The notes beneath the pieces were generated by a model. It was not told the DNA's origin. It saw only the letters and a program-made list of their open reading frames with translations, and ran no database searches. 64,000 nt of DNA from Macrostomum hystrix (lineage: Eukaryota; Animalia; Platyhelminthes), in assembly GCA_950097015.1 (NCBI GenBank), contig CATNEN010000034.1:1-64000 (forward strand). Reading direction: 5' to 3'. How positions within the stretch are numbered: the stretch's first letter is position 1; each line of letters begins with the position of its first letter. Position numbers and translations under genes: made by a program. This document shows, in pieces, positions 44,777-59,724 of the stretch.

Positions 44777-45737
44777 AAAATGCAGGTCGGAGAGCAAAAA
44801 AGACCCTATGATAATGTAAATTTTCAACTCTAAAATTCACGAATTTCATATTTTCAAGTCTGAGATATTGCCAAAAAAATCAAGCCAAAACGTTGAAAAA
44901 CAAGACAGATAACAGAAGTTGAAAGATTAGACATCGGATAATGGAGACTATCAGAACCTTTTCTCCTTAAAAAAATCGAATCAAAAAGTTCAAAGTCAGA
45001 TCCGCCGACAATCTGTAATTGTGAGCAATTTATAGCATAGAATAGACAAGACCTTCTACATTGATTTTGAATTTGTAACGAGAAGCAAAATGGCTAACAA
45101 TGACAATTTAGCCGAGAGCAGGGCATGCCCCGGTGAGCACGCAGGCCATTGCAGTGAAGGACAATAAGAGAATGACGATGAGTAGGAGCGAGACGGGCAC
45201 AACTGAAACAACTGGCGGTTGCAATTTTTTAATGCGAATTGCATTTTCAATAATAACACACAGAAAACTAAAAAATTCTAATATCTCCCACATCACCCAG
45301 TGCTGGATACAGGAATGGAATAATGGGATTTGGCCCAGAACAAAGGATGACAATGGGGACTAGCAGTTCGCGCAACACTGATCACAGCAACGGTAGGGCA
45401 ACAGAATAGTCAGTCGGTCGGCTGAGCAGTGCTCAATAAAAAATGTTATTTGGGATAGTTAGATCGGAACAGATGCTTTGCATTCTGTGTTCTCCGAAAC
45501 TGGAGAAATAAAAATTGCTTTATTCCTAAGGTTGCATGGAGATGGGCATCGGATAAGCTAGACTAAATTCGATAAGCTTACTCTCATCTGTTGTGCAAAA
45601 CATTCAATTTTGCTTCGCCTCTCACTATAACGGTCTTTCATTTCCTGCCAAAATTCAAATCCAACAAGCCATGCATCACTCCTGCCTGGATTTATTTATA
45701 ATTTACACCACAATCTAAATTCCACGAACTTCGACAC

Positions 45738-46188
45738 CTATCACTGTCTACCAGAACCATCACTGTCTACCAGAACCATCACTGTCTACCAGAACCATCA
45801 CTGTCTACCAGAATCATCACCGTCTACCAGAACATCACTGTCTACCAGAATCATCACTGTCTACCAGAATCATCACTGTCTACCAGTATCATCACTGTCT
45901 ACCAGAATCATCACTGTCTACCAGAATCACCACTGTCTACCAGAACCATCACTGTCTACCAGAACCATCACTGTCTACCAGAACATCACTGTCTACCAGA
46001 ACCATCACTGTCTACCAGAATCATCACTGTCTACCAGAATCATCACTGTCTACCAGAATCATCACTGTCTACCAGAACATCACTGTCTACCAGAACCATC
46101 ACTGTCTACCAGAACATCACTGTCTACCAGAACCATCACTGTCTACCAGAACATCACTGTCTACCAGAATCATCACTGTCTACCAGTA
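45738..46188. repeat. 19-bp minisatellite (catcactgtctaccagaac)
   Basis: Visible. Confidence 0.95.
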
Positions 46189-46729
46189 CCAAATATCAGG
46201 AAATTCACACTTAAAATAATTAGTAAAATTATTAACTATTAATAATTAATTAAAATAAATAGTTACTAATAAACTTAGACTTTAGACAATAAAATGCAAG
46301 GCAATAGTCGACAATGTTCTCAGAAAAAAAAGTTTGACACCCAGGCCAACGGAGACACGGCCGTGGAGTGATTATCAGCTCTTTATTTGCGCATCTAAAT
46401 AAATAAACACGAGCTAAATGATCAACAATGTAACTCCTTCATCTGGTAAACAACAGCTAAAAAAAGATACTAGCGGGCCCTCTGCGCAGGGCAGCGCACG
46501 TACGTGTATAACTCTGATTCAAATTGCACACGAAATAAATCGAATGGCGCGAGTGACATTGGCTAGTGAGCAGGCGGAGAGAGACAGACAGAGGCCAGGT
46601 TGGGATCAGCTGCTTAGCAACGGGTTCAGACATTGGGATCGCGAGAGTTCTTATCTAGGAGGAATCTAAAATAGCTTGCCTCAGAACCCGGGAACCAAAA
46701 CTTCCCGGGGATCTTTCGGAATCTTAGAT

Positions 46730-47000
46730 TATCCCATCTTTGGATTTATGATAATCCCAATTTCGGGATCTCAGATAATCCCAATCTCGGGATCTTAGAA
46801 AATCCCAATCTCGGGATCTCAGATAATCCAATCTCGGGATCTTAGAAAATCCTAATTTCGAGATCTCATATAATCCCAATTTCGGGATCTCAGCTAATCC
46901 TAATTTCGGGATCTTAGAAAATCCGAATTTCGGGATCTTATAAAATCCCAATTTCGGGATCTTATAAAATCCCGATTTCGGGATCTCAGAGAATCCCAAT
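46730..47000. repeat. ~24-bp degenerate repeat (atcccaatttcgggatcttagaaa)
   Basis: Visible. Confidence 0.85.
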
Positions 47001-47984
47001 GCTAGGATTGCAGATCTTTATATCTTGGGATTGGCGCTAATAAAATCTGCTGCAACATTTTAACTTTTTTAAAGAATATCATAATGATTCAAAATTTGGG
47101 ATCTGGAGTAACAAATAGAAAACAAAGGAAAGTAACAATACGTGGGTTAAAGTGAGACATACATGGCAATAGGGTCAACGTTTTGATTCTTCAAGACAAA
47201 AATCCAGTTAGCTACAAAAAACGATGGGAGAAAACTGACATAGGGATAAATAGTTAGGTACAATGAGATGGAATTGTCATGCCTGGCTGTACAAAAACTG
47301 ATTTCTTTAATATACAACGCCAACAATAGGCAACTTTTTACAGACTAAATTAGACAATTGACCAACATTGAAGACACAAACACAAGCAAACAAACAAACA
47401 AACAAACAAACAAACAAACAGGAAACAGCGGAGACACTGAAAGCAATATCATAGCACAACTGCCGACAACGACTGCACGATAGGAAAATATAATAAAACG
47501 CGGTGAACAGCAAGAAGCTAGACAAAAGCACGCGGAACACTGCGGAACATAGGAATATATTAGTTAGATAGCTACATAAGGAAACACAAATAATAAGAAC
47601 ATCTAGCTCAGATTAGTAATTAGTCTTGCAGTTCTCATACGCAAAATAAGTTCTTCTTTACTCAGACTCAGATGCATTTTTGTGCAGGCCAAACATAGGA
47701 AATCTAAATATAGAATGGGAAACATCGACAGGCAAATTAAATCACTCAATTTAATATAAATTGCTCAGCTCATCTCATTTGCACACATAATCAAACTAAA
47801 TAAATCATTTTCAGTGTAAAGGCTGACAGTGTGAGTACTACGCATTGCGATTCAATAAACAAATATTTCAGACGGATTGCACTGCGGAAATAGAAGCCAA
47901 CCACTAGGCTAGACTTTTGATACACCAGTACGTTTCTGGGCCTTGTTATTTGGCCGCTACGCATGATGATTATCCGCTTCAGGC

Positions 47985-49012
47985 CGCTTCAGTGCCTCAG
48001 CTGACACTCCCCCTGGAACTTCAGTGCCTCAGGAGACAATCCCACCTGGAACTTCAGTGCCTCAGCCCTCACTCCCCCTGGAACTTCAGTGCCTCAGCCC
48101 TTACTCCCCCTGGAACTTCAGTGCCTCAGCCCTTACTCCCCCTGGAACTTCAGTGCCTCAGCCCTTACTCCCCCTGGAACTTCAGTGCCTCAGCCCTCAC
48201 TCCCCCTGGAACTTCAGTGCCTCAGCCCTCACTCCCCCTAGAACTTCAGTGCCTCAGCCCTTACTCCCCCTGGAACTTCAGTGCCTCAGCCCTCACTCCC
48301 CCTGGAACTTCAGTGCCTCAGCCCTCTCTCCCCCTGGAACTTCAGTGCCTCAGCCCTCACTCCCCCTGGAACTTCAGTGCCTCAGCCCTCACTCCCCCTG
48401 GAACTTCAGTGCCTCAGCCCTCACTCCCCCTGGAACTTCAGTGCCTCAGCCCTTACTCCCCCTGGAACTTCAGTGCCTCAGCCCTCACTCCCCCTGGAAC
48501 TTCAGTGCCTCAGCCCTCTCTCCCCCTGGAACTTCAGTGCCTCAGCCCTTACTCCCCCTGGAACTTCAGTGCCTCAGCCCTTACTCCCCCTGGAACTTCA
48601 GTGCCTCAGCCTTTACTCCCCCTGGAACTTCAGTGCCTCAGCCCTTACTCCCCCTGGAACTTCAGTGCCTCAGCCCTCACTACCCCTGGAACTTCAGTGC
48701 CTCAGTCCTCACTACCCCTGGAACTTCAGTGCCTCAGCCCTCACTCCCCCTGGAACTTCAGTGCCTCAGCCCTTACTCCCCCTGGAACTTCAGTGCCTCA
48801 GCCCTCACTCCCCCTGGAACTTCAGTGCCTCAGCCCTCTCTCCCCCTGGAACTTCAGTGCCTCAGCCCTCACTCCCCCTGGAACTTCAGTGCCTCAGCCC
48901 TCACTCCCCCTGGAACTTCAGTGCCTCAGCCCTCACTCCCCCGGGAACTTCAGTGCCTCAGCCCTCTCTCCCCCGGGAACTTCAGTGCCTCAGCCCTCTC
49001 TCCCCCGGGAAC
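47985..49012. repeat. 32-bp minisatellite (ctcagccctcactccccctggaacttcagtgc)
   Basis: About 30 units; explains the spurious 368/331/288-aa ORFs. Confidence 0.95.
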
Positions 49013-49390
49013 TGGCTGAATAGAAGCAAGCAGATAAGCAATCCGCACTACTATTGCACAGCAAAACAAACAAATACCAAGAAGAATGACATCTGTAAAA
49101 AAGAAAATACAAACAAAAAAGTATTTATAAAAGTCCTGTGTACATAAATGACTACTGTTGCACAATAGAAATAAAAAACAAAATCGGGGAATCTATTCTC
49201 AGAAAAACTTAATTAAAGTTTTGAAGAAACAGTGACACTCAACGGAGAAATGTGAAGTACAAGACACGTAGGGGAAGGCAAAAACAAGGGAGCAAGGACA
49301 AAAAAGAAAGGAATTATCTAAGCTGCAACACGGATTCCTAGTGTAAATCAGGTGACTCGGTTCTTATTCAGATGTGCCTTGGATGCCAGT

Positions 49391-50341
49391 TCAGGCTAAG
49401 CGCTGGCGCTTCACGCTAACATCTCGATGGTCGACTCCGCCAGCCGCCATCATCGAATGGCTTGAAAGGTGGCCGCCGCCGCCTCCGCCTCCGCCACCGA
49501 TGCCTCCGTTGATTCCGTTGTTGTGGCCGATTCCAAAATTATTGTGTCCGACTGACTGATAAAAGCCGCCAGCGGCGCCGCCGCCGCCTACCGGGCCGCC
49601 GAAATGCGAAGCGGCCGACGTGAACGGATGATGATAAGGAGCCAGAGCCGCCGCTGCCGCCGCAGCCGCCGCAGCCGCTGTAGCAGTTTCAGATTTAACG
49701 GCAGCCGGCCAGAACGGCAGGCCGCCGGCGCAGCTGCCAGGCGCCGACGTGGTCGGAGTTGCCGCTGACGATGGATTCGTTGTTGAAGTCGGCGACAATT
49801 GCTGCGGCGTCTGTGGCGTCGGCGGCGGCGGAGGCAACGGCGGAGCAGGGTGCTGATGCTGCTGCTGTTGCTGGGATCCGGCGTAGCGGCCACCGATGGG
49901 ACTTCTGGCTGGGCTGGGGGCGCCGCTGTGCGAGTGCTGCATGGGGAAGCCGATGTGAGGCGACAGTCGGTTGGGGCTGGCCTGCTGATACGGTGACATG
50001 GCCGGCGGGCCGAGGCTGGCGGGCCGCATTAGGCCGCCGGCGTAGCCGCCGCCATGCTGATGATTGTGCTGCTGCTGCTGCTGATGCTGCTGATGATGAG
50101 GGTGCAGCAGATTGTGATTCTGGTGATGATGCTCGAGGCCGAAGGTCGAGGAGCCAAGCTGCTGATGATGCTGCTGATGCTGATGCTGCGGGTGCGGCGG
50201 CGGCGGCGGAGGCGGCGGCAGCGGCGTCGGCTGTTGGCAGGAGATGAAAGGAGCGGCTGAACCGCCGGGACCATCGCAGGTGTCCTCCTCTTCGGCCTCA
50301 TCCTCGTGGCAAGAGGCTTTGGGATCCTTCTTTTGCAGAAA
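49391..50341 (-). CDS. MEF2: MEF2 exon 3 (low-complexity transactivation region)
   Basis: Acceptor ttttcccacag, then FLQKKDPKASCHEDEAEEED (cf. TLRKKG..DADD), poly-P/Q/H/A/G tracts, and C-terminal SVKRQRL (cf. MEF2 SVKRMRL). Open for 317 codons including the stop. Confidence 0.8.
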   Translation of the reverse strand, partial: FLQKKDPKASCHEDEAEEEDTCDGPGGSAAPFISCQQPTPLPPPPPPPPHPQHQHQQHHQQLGSSTFGLEHHHQNHNLLHPHHQQHQQQQQHNHQHGGGYAGGLMRPASLGPPAMSPYQQASPNRLSPHIGFPMQHSHSGAPSPARSPIGGRYAGSQQQQQHQHPAPPLPPPPPTPQTPQQLSPTSTTNPSSAATPTTSAPGSCAGGLPFWPAAVKSETATAAAAAAAAAAALAPYHHPFTSAASHFGGPVGGGGAAGGFYQSVGHNNFGIGHNNGINGGIGGGGGGGGGHLSSHSMMAAGGVDHRDVSVKRQRLA

Positions 50342-50429
50342 CTGTGGGAAAATGGAGACAATCAGGAAGGAATGAGCTTGCGAGACTGGATTGGAAAAGT
50401 AAAAAATGACAGTACTTTTCTGGGTAAGT

Positions 50430-50740
50430 CACGCAGATTTTACTTTAGGATTAGGAAATTCAACATTAGAAGCCGGATTTGAAGTTAAAATTAAACTTGG
50501 GATTAGGAAGCGGAAGTGGAAATTGGATTTGGGATTAGGAAGCGGAATTGGAAATTGGATTTAGGATTAGGAAGCTGAATTTGAAATTGGATTTAGGATT
50601 AGAAAAAAAAGTGGAAATTGGATTTAGGATTAGAAAATAGAAGTGGAAATTGGATTTAGGATTTGGAAACGGAAGCGGAAATTTGATTTGGGATTAAGAA
50701 ATGCAAAAGGTGATTGTATTTGGGATTAGGAAAAGGAAAT
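50430..50740. repeat. Degenerate ~30-bp repeat (ttggatttaggattaggaagcggaagtggaaa) in MEF2 intron 2
   Basis: Visible. Confidence 0.75.
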
Positions 50741-53142
50741 GTGAATTGGAAAGGATAACATGAACTTGTGTTGGAATCGCTGATAATAGCTTAGAAGACA
50801 GGATTTAGGATAAAGGATGTGGATTTCTTTGAAGTCTGAAATCGGTTCGCTCGCCGGCCCCATCCAAACCGATCAATAGAAGCTGGAAAATCAATTATAT
50901 CATCAGGTGAGAATGCGGATGTACTTATCGGGGCGTTGGGCGTTTTCGGTTAGCGCCAGGGAGGCGTGAAAATTGAGGGGATAACTGTTCTCATGTGATT
51001 GACGCAGAGCCCGGAATTGCTTGACCGAAAAATCCCAGCTGGGCGATTTGGTACTTGCTATAGCTTTGACTGGCTGCCTGTGCAAAATTTACAGGGTCGA
51101 ACTGTACTGAGGTCGTGAAATAAATATCTTTAAAATGTCTCATTGCATCACGGTTATATTAGAATTAATACTCGGGCATGGAAATTGCGACAGATAACAA
51201 GATAAGAGCGGGCATTTTATTTGAGTTAAACGGGCCCAACATTAAATTTGCACAGCGGAGGTCGTTCTAGGCTAAATGAGCAGGCATCTAATAGACAAGT
51301 TGTCGCTAGCTCGGCGGCGGTCCCCACAGGCTATCAGGGGCTGAGCCGCAGTGACGCACAAGGATGTGCGCACTGAAAACTTTGAGATAACGGCAGTCTG
51401 AGCTCCTGCACACTGAGCAATAGGGTGGGGGGGCATGGGAGCTGAGGGGACAGCAATTTGATAACCTGTCCAAACTAGCAGTGTATTAGGCGAGCTTCAT
51501 CTTGCGTCTTCTGCTCCTTAACCGAGAGAAGCCTCACTAAAGGTGCAACAAACGCACGCGCAAGGAGTGGTGAACGACAGTTCCCGGGGTTTTAGAGGAT
51601 TTGGGATTTAAAGCTCCTATAGTAGGCCAGGAGAGTCATGGAAGAGGCCTCTTTTTTCCTGAATAAAAGTGCAAACCGCCCGGGCCGGCCAGCTTCCTAG
51701 GGCGCCGGGGGGGATTTCGGGATAGGGAAGTGCACTGTACGAAACTGGAGAGAACTACTGCGGGAGAATAGAAGAGCATAGATTATGCAAGGTGAGGGGA
51801 AGGATGAATAGGTGGGGACTGTGGCAACTGGAAAGGTAACATGCTTAGGTGAGTTGGGCCATAGCGCATACGCACACTGCACGCACTTAGCGAAGTTGAA
51901 CAATCATGCTCAAAGGCCTCTCAACACACCTAGAGGCCTTCCTTCTCCCACTGTGTGGCACGCGCCTACTCAAATCTCTTCCCCTTTCTGTCTGTCTGTG
52001 TATCTCACTTGGCAATGTACGATTAGGATTAGGGCGAGAAAAGAAAGTAAGAAAGGGAGAGAGAAAGCAGAGAGAAAGAGAGGGGAAGGAGAAAGAAACT
52101 GTATGTCAGGCTGTCGTGTGTATTGAAATTGAACTGTGTACAAGAAGAGAAACTGAGAGAGGGAGAGAAGAGAGATGGAGAGCGGAGGCTGCCCCCCTCA
52201 CCCCAGAGTCCCAAGCGAGTATATTGATTGCACATGCCCTATTGGGCATGGCGAGAGGGCGAGGGCGAGAGGAAGAGAAACAGCACTCTTCGACATTCAC
52301 CCTTTCGCTAGAAGGACAAAATCTACCCGTATTAGACAAAGTGGGGCACACAGTCCCATGGCTTGCCCAGCATCATCCACCTAAGTGCTGCCCCGACCAC
52401 CCAGTCCATTCTAGAGAGTCTGCCAGCACACACCCAGAGCGAGGCGCAGAGGGGAAGAGGGGATGCTTAGGGTTCGGGCCTGTGTGCGCATTGGGCTGGG
52501 GTTGGTAGCAGTTTCTAATAATGGCCCGCAATGAAGCATTTTTAGACACCGCTGAGCTAAAAACAGGCCGGCTGGGGCTAAATTTAGCCGCAATTGGATC
52601 ACAGAGAGAAATACAGAAGGCAAGGGCCAAGGACTAGGGGAAATATACAAGGGGACAGAAGAACTAACGGGCCTAGCACTTTGCTATAGAGCCAGATAAA
52701 GTAGAAACTAGGCAGAGGGCTCATAGGAAACAAAATACAAGTTCGAGCTAGGGAAATAACCATGCAGAGCCTTCTTATTTTCATTTTCAGTCCACTTACC
52801 TAGCAACAATTATAGGTAGCTAAGAAATATGCTGAAGCTATTTGGCTGTGAGCACGAACAACTCACACACAAAGAGCTCAAACTGCAAGCAGAATTTGCC
52901 GAATCTGAGCCTCCGCTGCTCCTAATAATACTCTGGGATGCCGTGTGATTAGCAAGAACTGACGACTGCTCAGCACTGCTCAGATACAGCGAGACGATAG
53001 CGAAGGGACAAGGGGAGACTGCAAAAATTCGGCCTAAGTTAGACAAAGAAGTTTTTCGCGAATGGGACTGTAAGCAGAATATGCCACAATGGATGCTGCA
53101 GTGATACTGCAGATTTTCAAGTAGAAGACTGCGCTTTCGTGC

Positions 53143-56100
53143 TATTCTCATGCGGTTCACTGCATTCTCATGCGGTTCACTGCATTCTCATGCGGTTCAC
53201 TGCATTCTCATGCGGTTCACTGCATTCTCATGCGGTTCACTGCATTCTCATGCTGGTTCACTGCATTCTCATGCGGTTCACTGCATTCTCATGCGGTTCA
53301 CTGCATTCTCATGCGGTTCACTGCATTCTCATGCGGTTCACTGCATTCTCATGCGGTTCACTGCATTCTCATGCGGTTCACTGCATTCTCATGCGGTTCA
53401 CTGCATTCTCATGCGGTTCACTGCATTCTCATGCGGTTCACTGCATTCTCATGCGGTTCACTGCATTCTCATGCGGTTCACTGCATTCTCATGCGGTTCA
53501 CTGCATTCTCATGCGGTTCACTGCATTCTCATGCGGTTCACTGCATTCTCATGCGGTTCACTGCATTCTCATGCGGTTCACTGCATTCTCATGCGGTTCA
53601 CTGCATTCTCATGCGGTTCACTGCATTCTCATGCGGTTCACTGCATTCTCATGCGGTTCACTGCATTCTCATGCGGTTCACTGCATTCTCATGCGGTTCA
53701 CTGCATTCTCATGCGGTTCACTGCATTCTCATGCGGTTCACTGCATTCTCATGTGGAACACTGCATTCTCATGCGGTACACTGCATTCTCATGCTGTTCA
53801 CTGCATTCTCATGCGGTTCACTGCATTCTCATGCGGTTCAACTGCATTCTCATGCGGTTCACTGCATTCTCATGCGGTTCACTGCATTCTCATGCGGTTC
53901 ACTGCATTCTCATGCGGTTCACATGCATTCTCATGCGGTTCACTGCATTCTCATGCGGTTCACTGCATTCTCATGCGGTTCACTGCATTCTCATGCGGTT
54001 CACTGCATTCTCATGCGGTTCACTGCATTCTCATGCCGGTTCACTGCATTCTCATGCGGTTTCACTGCATTCACATGCGGTTCACTGCATTCTCATGCGG
54101 TTCACTGCATTCCTCATGCGGTTCACTGCATTCTCATGCGCGTTCACTGCATTCTCATGCGGTTCACCTGCATTCTCATGCGGTTCACTGCATTCTCATG
54201 CGGTTCACTGCATTCTCATGCGGTTCACTGCATTCTCATGCGGTTCACTGCATTCTCATGCGGTTCACTGCATTCTCATGCGGTTCACTGCATTCTCATG
54301 CGGTTCACTGCATTCTCATGCGGTTCACTGCATTTCTCATGCGGTTCACTGCATTCTCATGCGGTTCACTGCATTCTCATGCGGTTCACTGCATTCTCAT
54401 GCGGTTCACTGCATTCTCATGCGGTTCACTGCATTCTCATTGCGGTTCACTGCATTCTCATGCGGTTCACTGCATTCTCATGCGGTTCACTGCATTCTCA
54501 TGCGGTTCACTGCATTCTCATGCGGTTCACTGCATTCTCATGCGGTTCACTGCATTCTCATGCGGTTCACTGCATTCTCATGCGGTTCACTGCATTCTCA
54601 TGCGGTTCACTGCATTCTCATGCGGTTCACTGCATTCTCATGCGGTTCACTGCATTCTCATGCGGTTCACTGCATTCTCATGCGGTTCACTGCATTCTCA
54701 TGCGGTTCACTGCATTCTCATGCGGTTCACTGCATTCTCATGCGGTTCACTGCATTCTCATGCGGTTCACTGCATTCTCATGCGGTTCACTGCATTCTCA
54801 TGCGGTTCACTGCATTCTCATGCGGTTCACTGCATTCTCATGCGGTTCACTGCATTCTCATGCGGTTCACTGCATTCTCATGCGGTTCACTGCATTCTCA
54901 TGCGGTTCACTGCATTCTCATGCGGTTCACTGCATTCTCATGCGGTTCACTGCATTCTCATGCGGTTCACTGCATTCTCATGCGGTTCACTGCATTCTCA
55001 TGCGGTTCACTGCATTCTCATGCGGTTCACTGCATTCTCATGCGGTTCACTGCATTCTCATGCGGTTCACTGCATTCTCATGCGGTTCACTGCATTCTCA
55101 TGCGGTTCACTGCATTCTCATGCGGTTCACTGCATTCTCATGCGGTTCACTGCATTCTCATGCGGTTCACTGCATTCTCATGCGGTTCACTGCATTCTCA
55201 TGCGGTTCACTGCATTCTCATGCGGTTCACTGCATTCTCATGCGGTTCACTGCATTCTCATGCGGTTCACTGCATTCTCATGCGGTTCACTGCATTCTCA
55301 TGCGGTTCACTGCATTCTCATGCGGTTCACTGCATTCTCATGCGGTTCACTGCATTCTCATGCGGTTCACTGCATTCTCATGCGGTTCACTGCATTCACA
55401 TGCGGTTCACTGCATTCTCATGCGGTTCACTGCATTCTACATGCGGTTCACTGCATTCTCATGCGGTTCACTGCATTCTCATGCGGTTCACTGCATTCTC
55501 ATGCGGTTCACTGCATTCTCATGCGGTTCACTGCATTCTCATGCGGTTCACTGCATTCTCATGCGGTTCACTGCATTCTCATGCGGTTCACTGCATTCCA
55601 TGCGGTTCACTGCATTCACATGCGGTTCACTGCATTCTCATGCGGTTCACTGCATTCTCATGCGGTTCACTGCATTCTCATGCGGTTCACTGCATTCTCA
55701 TGCGGTTCACTGCATTCTCATGCGGTTCACTGCATTCTCATGCGGTTCACTGCATTCTCATGCGGTTCACTGCATTCTCATGCGGTTCACTGCATTCTCA
55801 TGCGGTTCACTGCATTCTCATGCGGTTCACTGCATTCTCATGCGGTTCACTGTATTCTCATGCGGTTCACTGCATTCTCATGCGGTTCACTGCATTCTCA
55901 TGCGGTTCACTGTATTCTCATGCGGTTCACTGCATTCACATGCGGTTCACTGCATTCTCATGCGGTTCACTGCATTCTCATGTGGAACACTGCATTCTCA
56001 TGCGGTTCACTGCATTCTCATGCGGTTCAGTGTATTCTCATGCGGTTCACTGCATTCTCATGCGGTTCACTGCATTCTCATGCGGTTCACTGCATTCTCA

Positions 56101-56340
56101 TGTGGAACACTGCATTCTCATGTGGAACACTGCATTCTCATGTGGAACACTGCATTCTCACGTGGAACACTGCATTCTCATGTGAAGCAATGCACATACA
56201 TGTGTAAAACTGCATTCTCATGCGAAGCAATGCACATACATGTGTAAAACTGCATTCTCATGCGAAGCAATGCACATACATGTGTAAAACTGCATTCTCA
56301 TGCGAAGCAATGCACATACATGTGTAAAACTGCATTCTCA
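53143..56340. repeat. 3.2-kb 20-bp satellite (tgcattctcatgcggttcac) in MEF2 intron 2
   Basis: About 150 units; the three >1000-aa ORFs are artefacts of a stop-free unit. Confidence 0.98.
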
Positions 56341-56998
56341 TATGAAAGACTGGCTATAGAAGCCAAGCGTCATTAGAAGTAAGCTGTTTAGAATTCGCAG
56401 CACTGTGGCAGCACTAAAGCTGCTACAAAAGCATCGTGTGTATACACACGCCTAATATAAATTAGCTTCTACTAGTTGAAGAAGATTACTAATGCGGCGG
56501 AAGTCCGCAGCAAAGCAAACTCCCTCTGTGAGTGAGCGGCACTGCAATAACAATGCCCGGCTACCATGCTACTGAGGACGCAGTGCCCACCGCTATAGCT
56601 ATGTATACAACAGGCCGCACTGCAGCTAAGGGACAATTGCCAATGCCCCGTATTGATTTGCCTGCATAAACCTGGGGTTAGTCTTAGCGTGTTGCAGAAA
56701 ACAACAAGACGTCACCCTGTTGCTTCCTTGCATTCCTTCGTCAAGCAACAGCGATAATTATAGACCCCAGATGAGGCTATTAATAGAAAGAGCGGGTTAA
56801 AAATAAACTCGAACTGCCGACAAGTGGCTACCATCAGCGAATTCCTCATCCTCAGTTCAAACAGCACGCGCACAGAAGCACTCTAGTTTCTATGAAATCA
56901 CTGAGAATGCTTACAGGTTTCATATTACAAGTCATAGTATGCCTTAGTTTCTCTCGCAGATTTGCACTGCTAAAAGTACAGCTGCTTTTAAGATTCTA

Positions 56999-57277
<279 letters not shown>

Positions 57278-57371
57278 TCAGTAAACATTTTAGGGGCAAA
57301 TTAAAATAGGAATAGACTTTATTTGGAAAATCGGGAGAATGATATGAAATAATTGATGGCGCTTATGGCGT

Positions 57372-59080
57372 AATACTGATTTGGGGATAATACCTATTTT
57401 GGGGATAATACCTTTTTTGGGGATAATACAGGTTTAGGGATAATACTGATTCGGGGATAATACAGATTTGGGATAATACTGAATTTGAGAAATACAGATT
57501 TGGGGATAATACAGATTTGGGGATAATACTGATTTGTGGATAATACTGATTTGTGGATAATACTGATTTGTGGATAATACTGATTTGTGGATAATACTGA
57601 TTTGTGGATAATACTGATTTGTGGATAATACTGATTTGGGGATAATACTGATTTGTGGATAATACTGATTTGGGGATAATACTGATTTGTGGATAATACT
57701 GATTTGTGGATAATACTGATTTGGGGATAATACTGATTTGTGGATAATACTGATTTGTGGATAATACTGATTTGTGGATAATACTGATTTGGGGATAATA
57801 CTGATTTGTGGATAATACTGATTTGGGGATAATACTGATTTGTGGATAATACTGATTTGTGGATAATACTGATTTGTGGATAATACTGATTTGTGGATAA
57901 TACTGATTTGGGGATAATACTGATTTGTGGATAATACTGATTTGTGGATAATACTGATTTGTGGATAATACTGATTTGTGGATAATACTGATTTGGGGAT
58001 AATACTGATTTGTGGATAATACTGATTTGTGGATAATACTGATTTGTGGATAATACTGATTTGGGGATAATACTGATTTGTGGATAATACTGATTTGTGG
58101 ATAATACTGATTTGGGGATAATACTGATTTGTGGATAATACAGATTTGGGGATAATACTGATTTGTGGATAATACTGTTTTGTGGATAATACTGATTTGG
58201 GGATAATACAGATTTGGGAATAATACTCATTTGGGGACAAACAGATTTTGGGATAATACTGATTTGGGGATAATACAGATTTGGGAATAATACAGATTTG
58301 GGGATAATACTGATTTGGGGATAATACTGATTTGTGGATAATACTGATTTGGGGATAATACTGATTTGTGGATAATACTGATTTGTGGATAATACTGATT
58401 TGTGGATAATACTGTTTTGTGGATAATACTGATTTGTGGATAATACTGATTTGGGGATAATACAGATTTGGGAATAATACTCATTTGGGGACAAACAGAT
58501 TTGGTGATAATACAGATTTGGGGATAATACTGATTTGGGTATAATACTGATTTGTGGATAATACAGATTTGGGGATAATACACATTTGGGGATAATACTC
58601 ATTTGGGGACAAACAGATTTGGTGATAATACAGATTTGGGGATAATACTGATTTGGGTATAATACTGATTTGTGGATAATACAGATTTGGGGATAATACA
58701 GATTTGGGGATAATACAGATTTGGGGATAATACTCATTTGGGGACAAACAGATTTGGGGATAATACAGATTTGGGGATAATACAGATTTGGGGATAATAC
58801 AGATTTGGGGATAATACTCATTTGGGGACAAACAGATTTGGGGATAATACTGATTTGGGGATAATACTGATTTGGGTATAATACTGATTTGGGGATAATA
58901 CAGATGTGGGGATAATACAGATTTGGGTATAATACTGATTTGGGGATAATACAGATTTGGGGATAATACAGGTTTAGGGATAATACAGATTTGGGGATAA
59001 TACAGGTTTAGGGATAATACTGAATTGGGGAAATAAGATGTGGGCATAATACAGATTTGGGTATAATACAGATTTGGGAA
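57372..59080. repeat. 17-bp minisatellite (taatactgatttgtgga) in MEF2 intron 1
   Basis: About 1.7 kb array. Confidence 0.95.
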
Positions 59081-59670
59081 TAATACTAATTGGGGAAAAC
59101 AACAAATTCAGGAAAAATTCAATTGAAGCCGAAACTGTTTGATGAGTAGGACGATTAGGGATGAAAATTAACAATACTTAGGATAAAGGTGACCATTTCA
59201 GGGATATTAATTGTTTCTTAAGATCAAAGTTAGCCTTCATAAAACAGCCCCACTGCACTAATAAACAACAAGACTACGGTGAGAGTGAAGGAAATAAGAA
59301 GAAGCAGAGGGGTAGGCATCGGGCAGAAAAAGCACTCGGCAAGAGAACGTGAGCGAATGAGCACTGAAGGCAAGCCCAAGAAAATCTATAAAAACATCCC
59401 GGCAACTAGAAGCCAAACTGAGGCCTAGCATCCAGGGTCTATTCTAGACCTGGAATTTCCTGTCTAATCATTTATCTAATTTATCAAGTCCGCCTATTAG
59501 ACAGATATGTAATGGTTTGGACTAATAAGAAGTTCTCTTTAATACAGAAAGTCCATCTAACACTAATATCTATAGGCCGTCTATAGGCCGTTTTACTAAA
59601 AATATCGGATCTATCAAGTCTCGAATGCGGAGAGGTCACCATTTTCCCACCTTTTGCCATCGCTGCTCAC

Positions 59671-59724
59671 CTGTCTATTCCTTTCGTCCTCAATCCTGGA
59701 AATGGCAATTTTCTTTCTGCCCAT
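59671..59724 (-). CDS. MEF2: MEF2 coding exon 1 (54 nt; not in the ORF track)
   Basis: ATG GGC AGA AAG AAA ATT...AAT AGA CAG|GTGAGC = MGRKKIAISRIEDERNRQ. Confidence 0.95.

Noticed and set aside
37705-45353. Two hydrophobic short ORFs (37705-38025 and 45108-45353) with faint mutual similarity
   Set aside because: No recognisable domain or convincing splice structure; could be old repeat debris.
41661-49147. Repeat-protein-like ORFs (NVTPNLSIQD; PGTSVPQPSLPLELQC)
   Set aside because: They are 30-bp and 32-bp tandem arrays with no non-repeat domain or splice support.
53139-56247. Three >1000-aa ORFs
   Set aside because: They are translations of a stop-free 20-bp satellite in all three frames, inside a MEF2 intron.
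56777-56786. MEF2-binding consensus CTATTAATAG in MEF2 intron 2 (autoregulation)
   Set aside because: A 10-bp AT-rich motif is expected several times by chance in this window. The similar CTATTTATAG in the LTRs is simply their TATA box.
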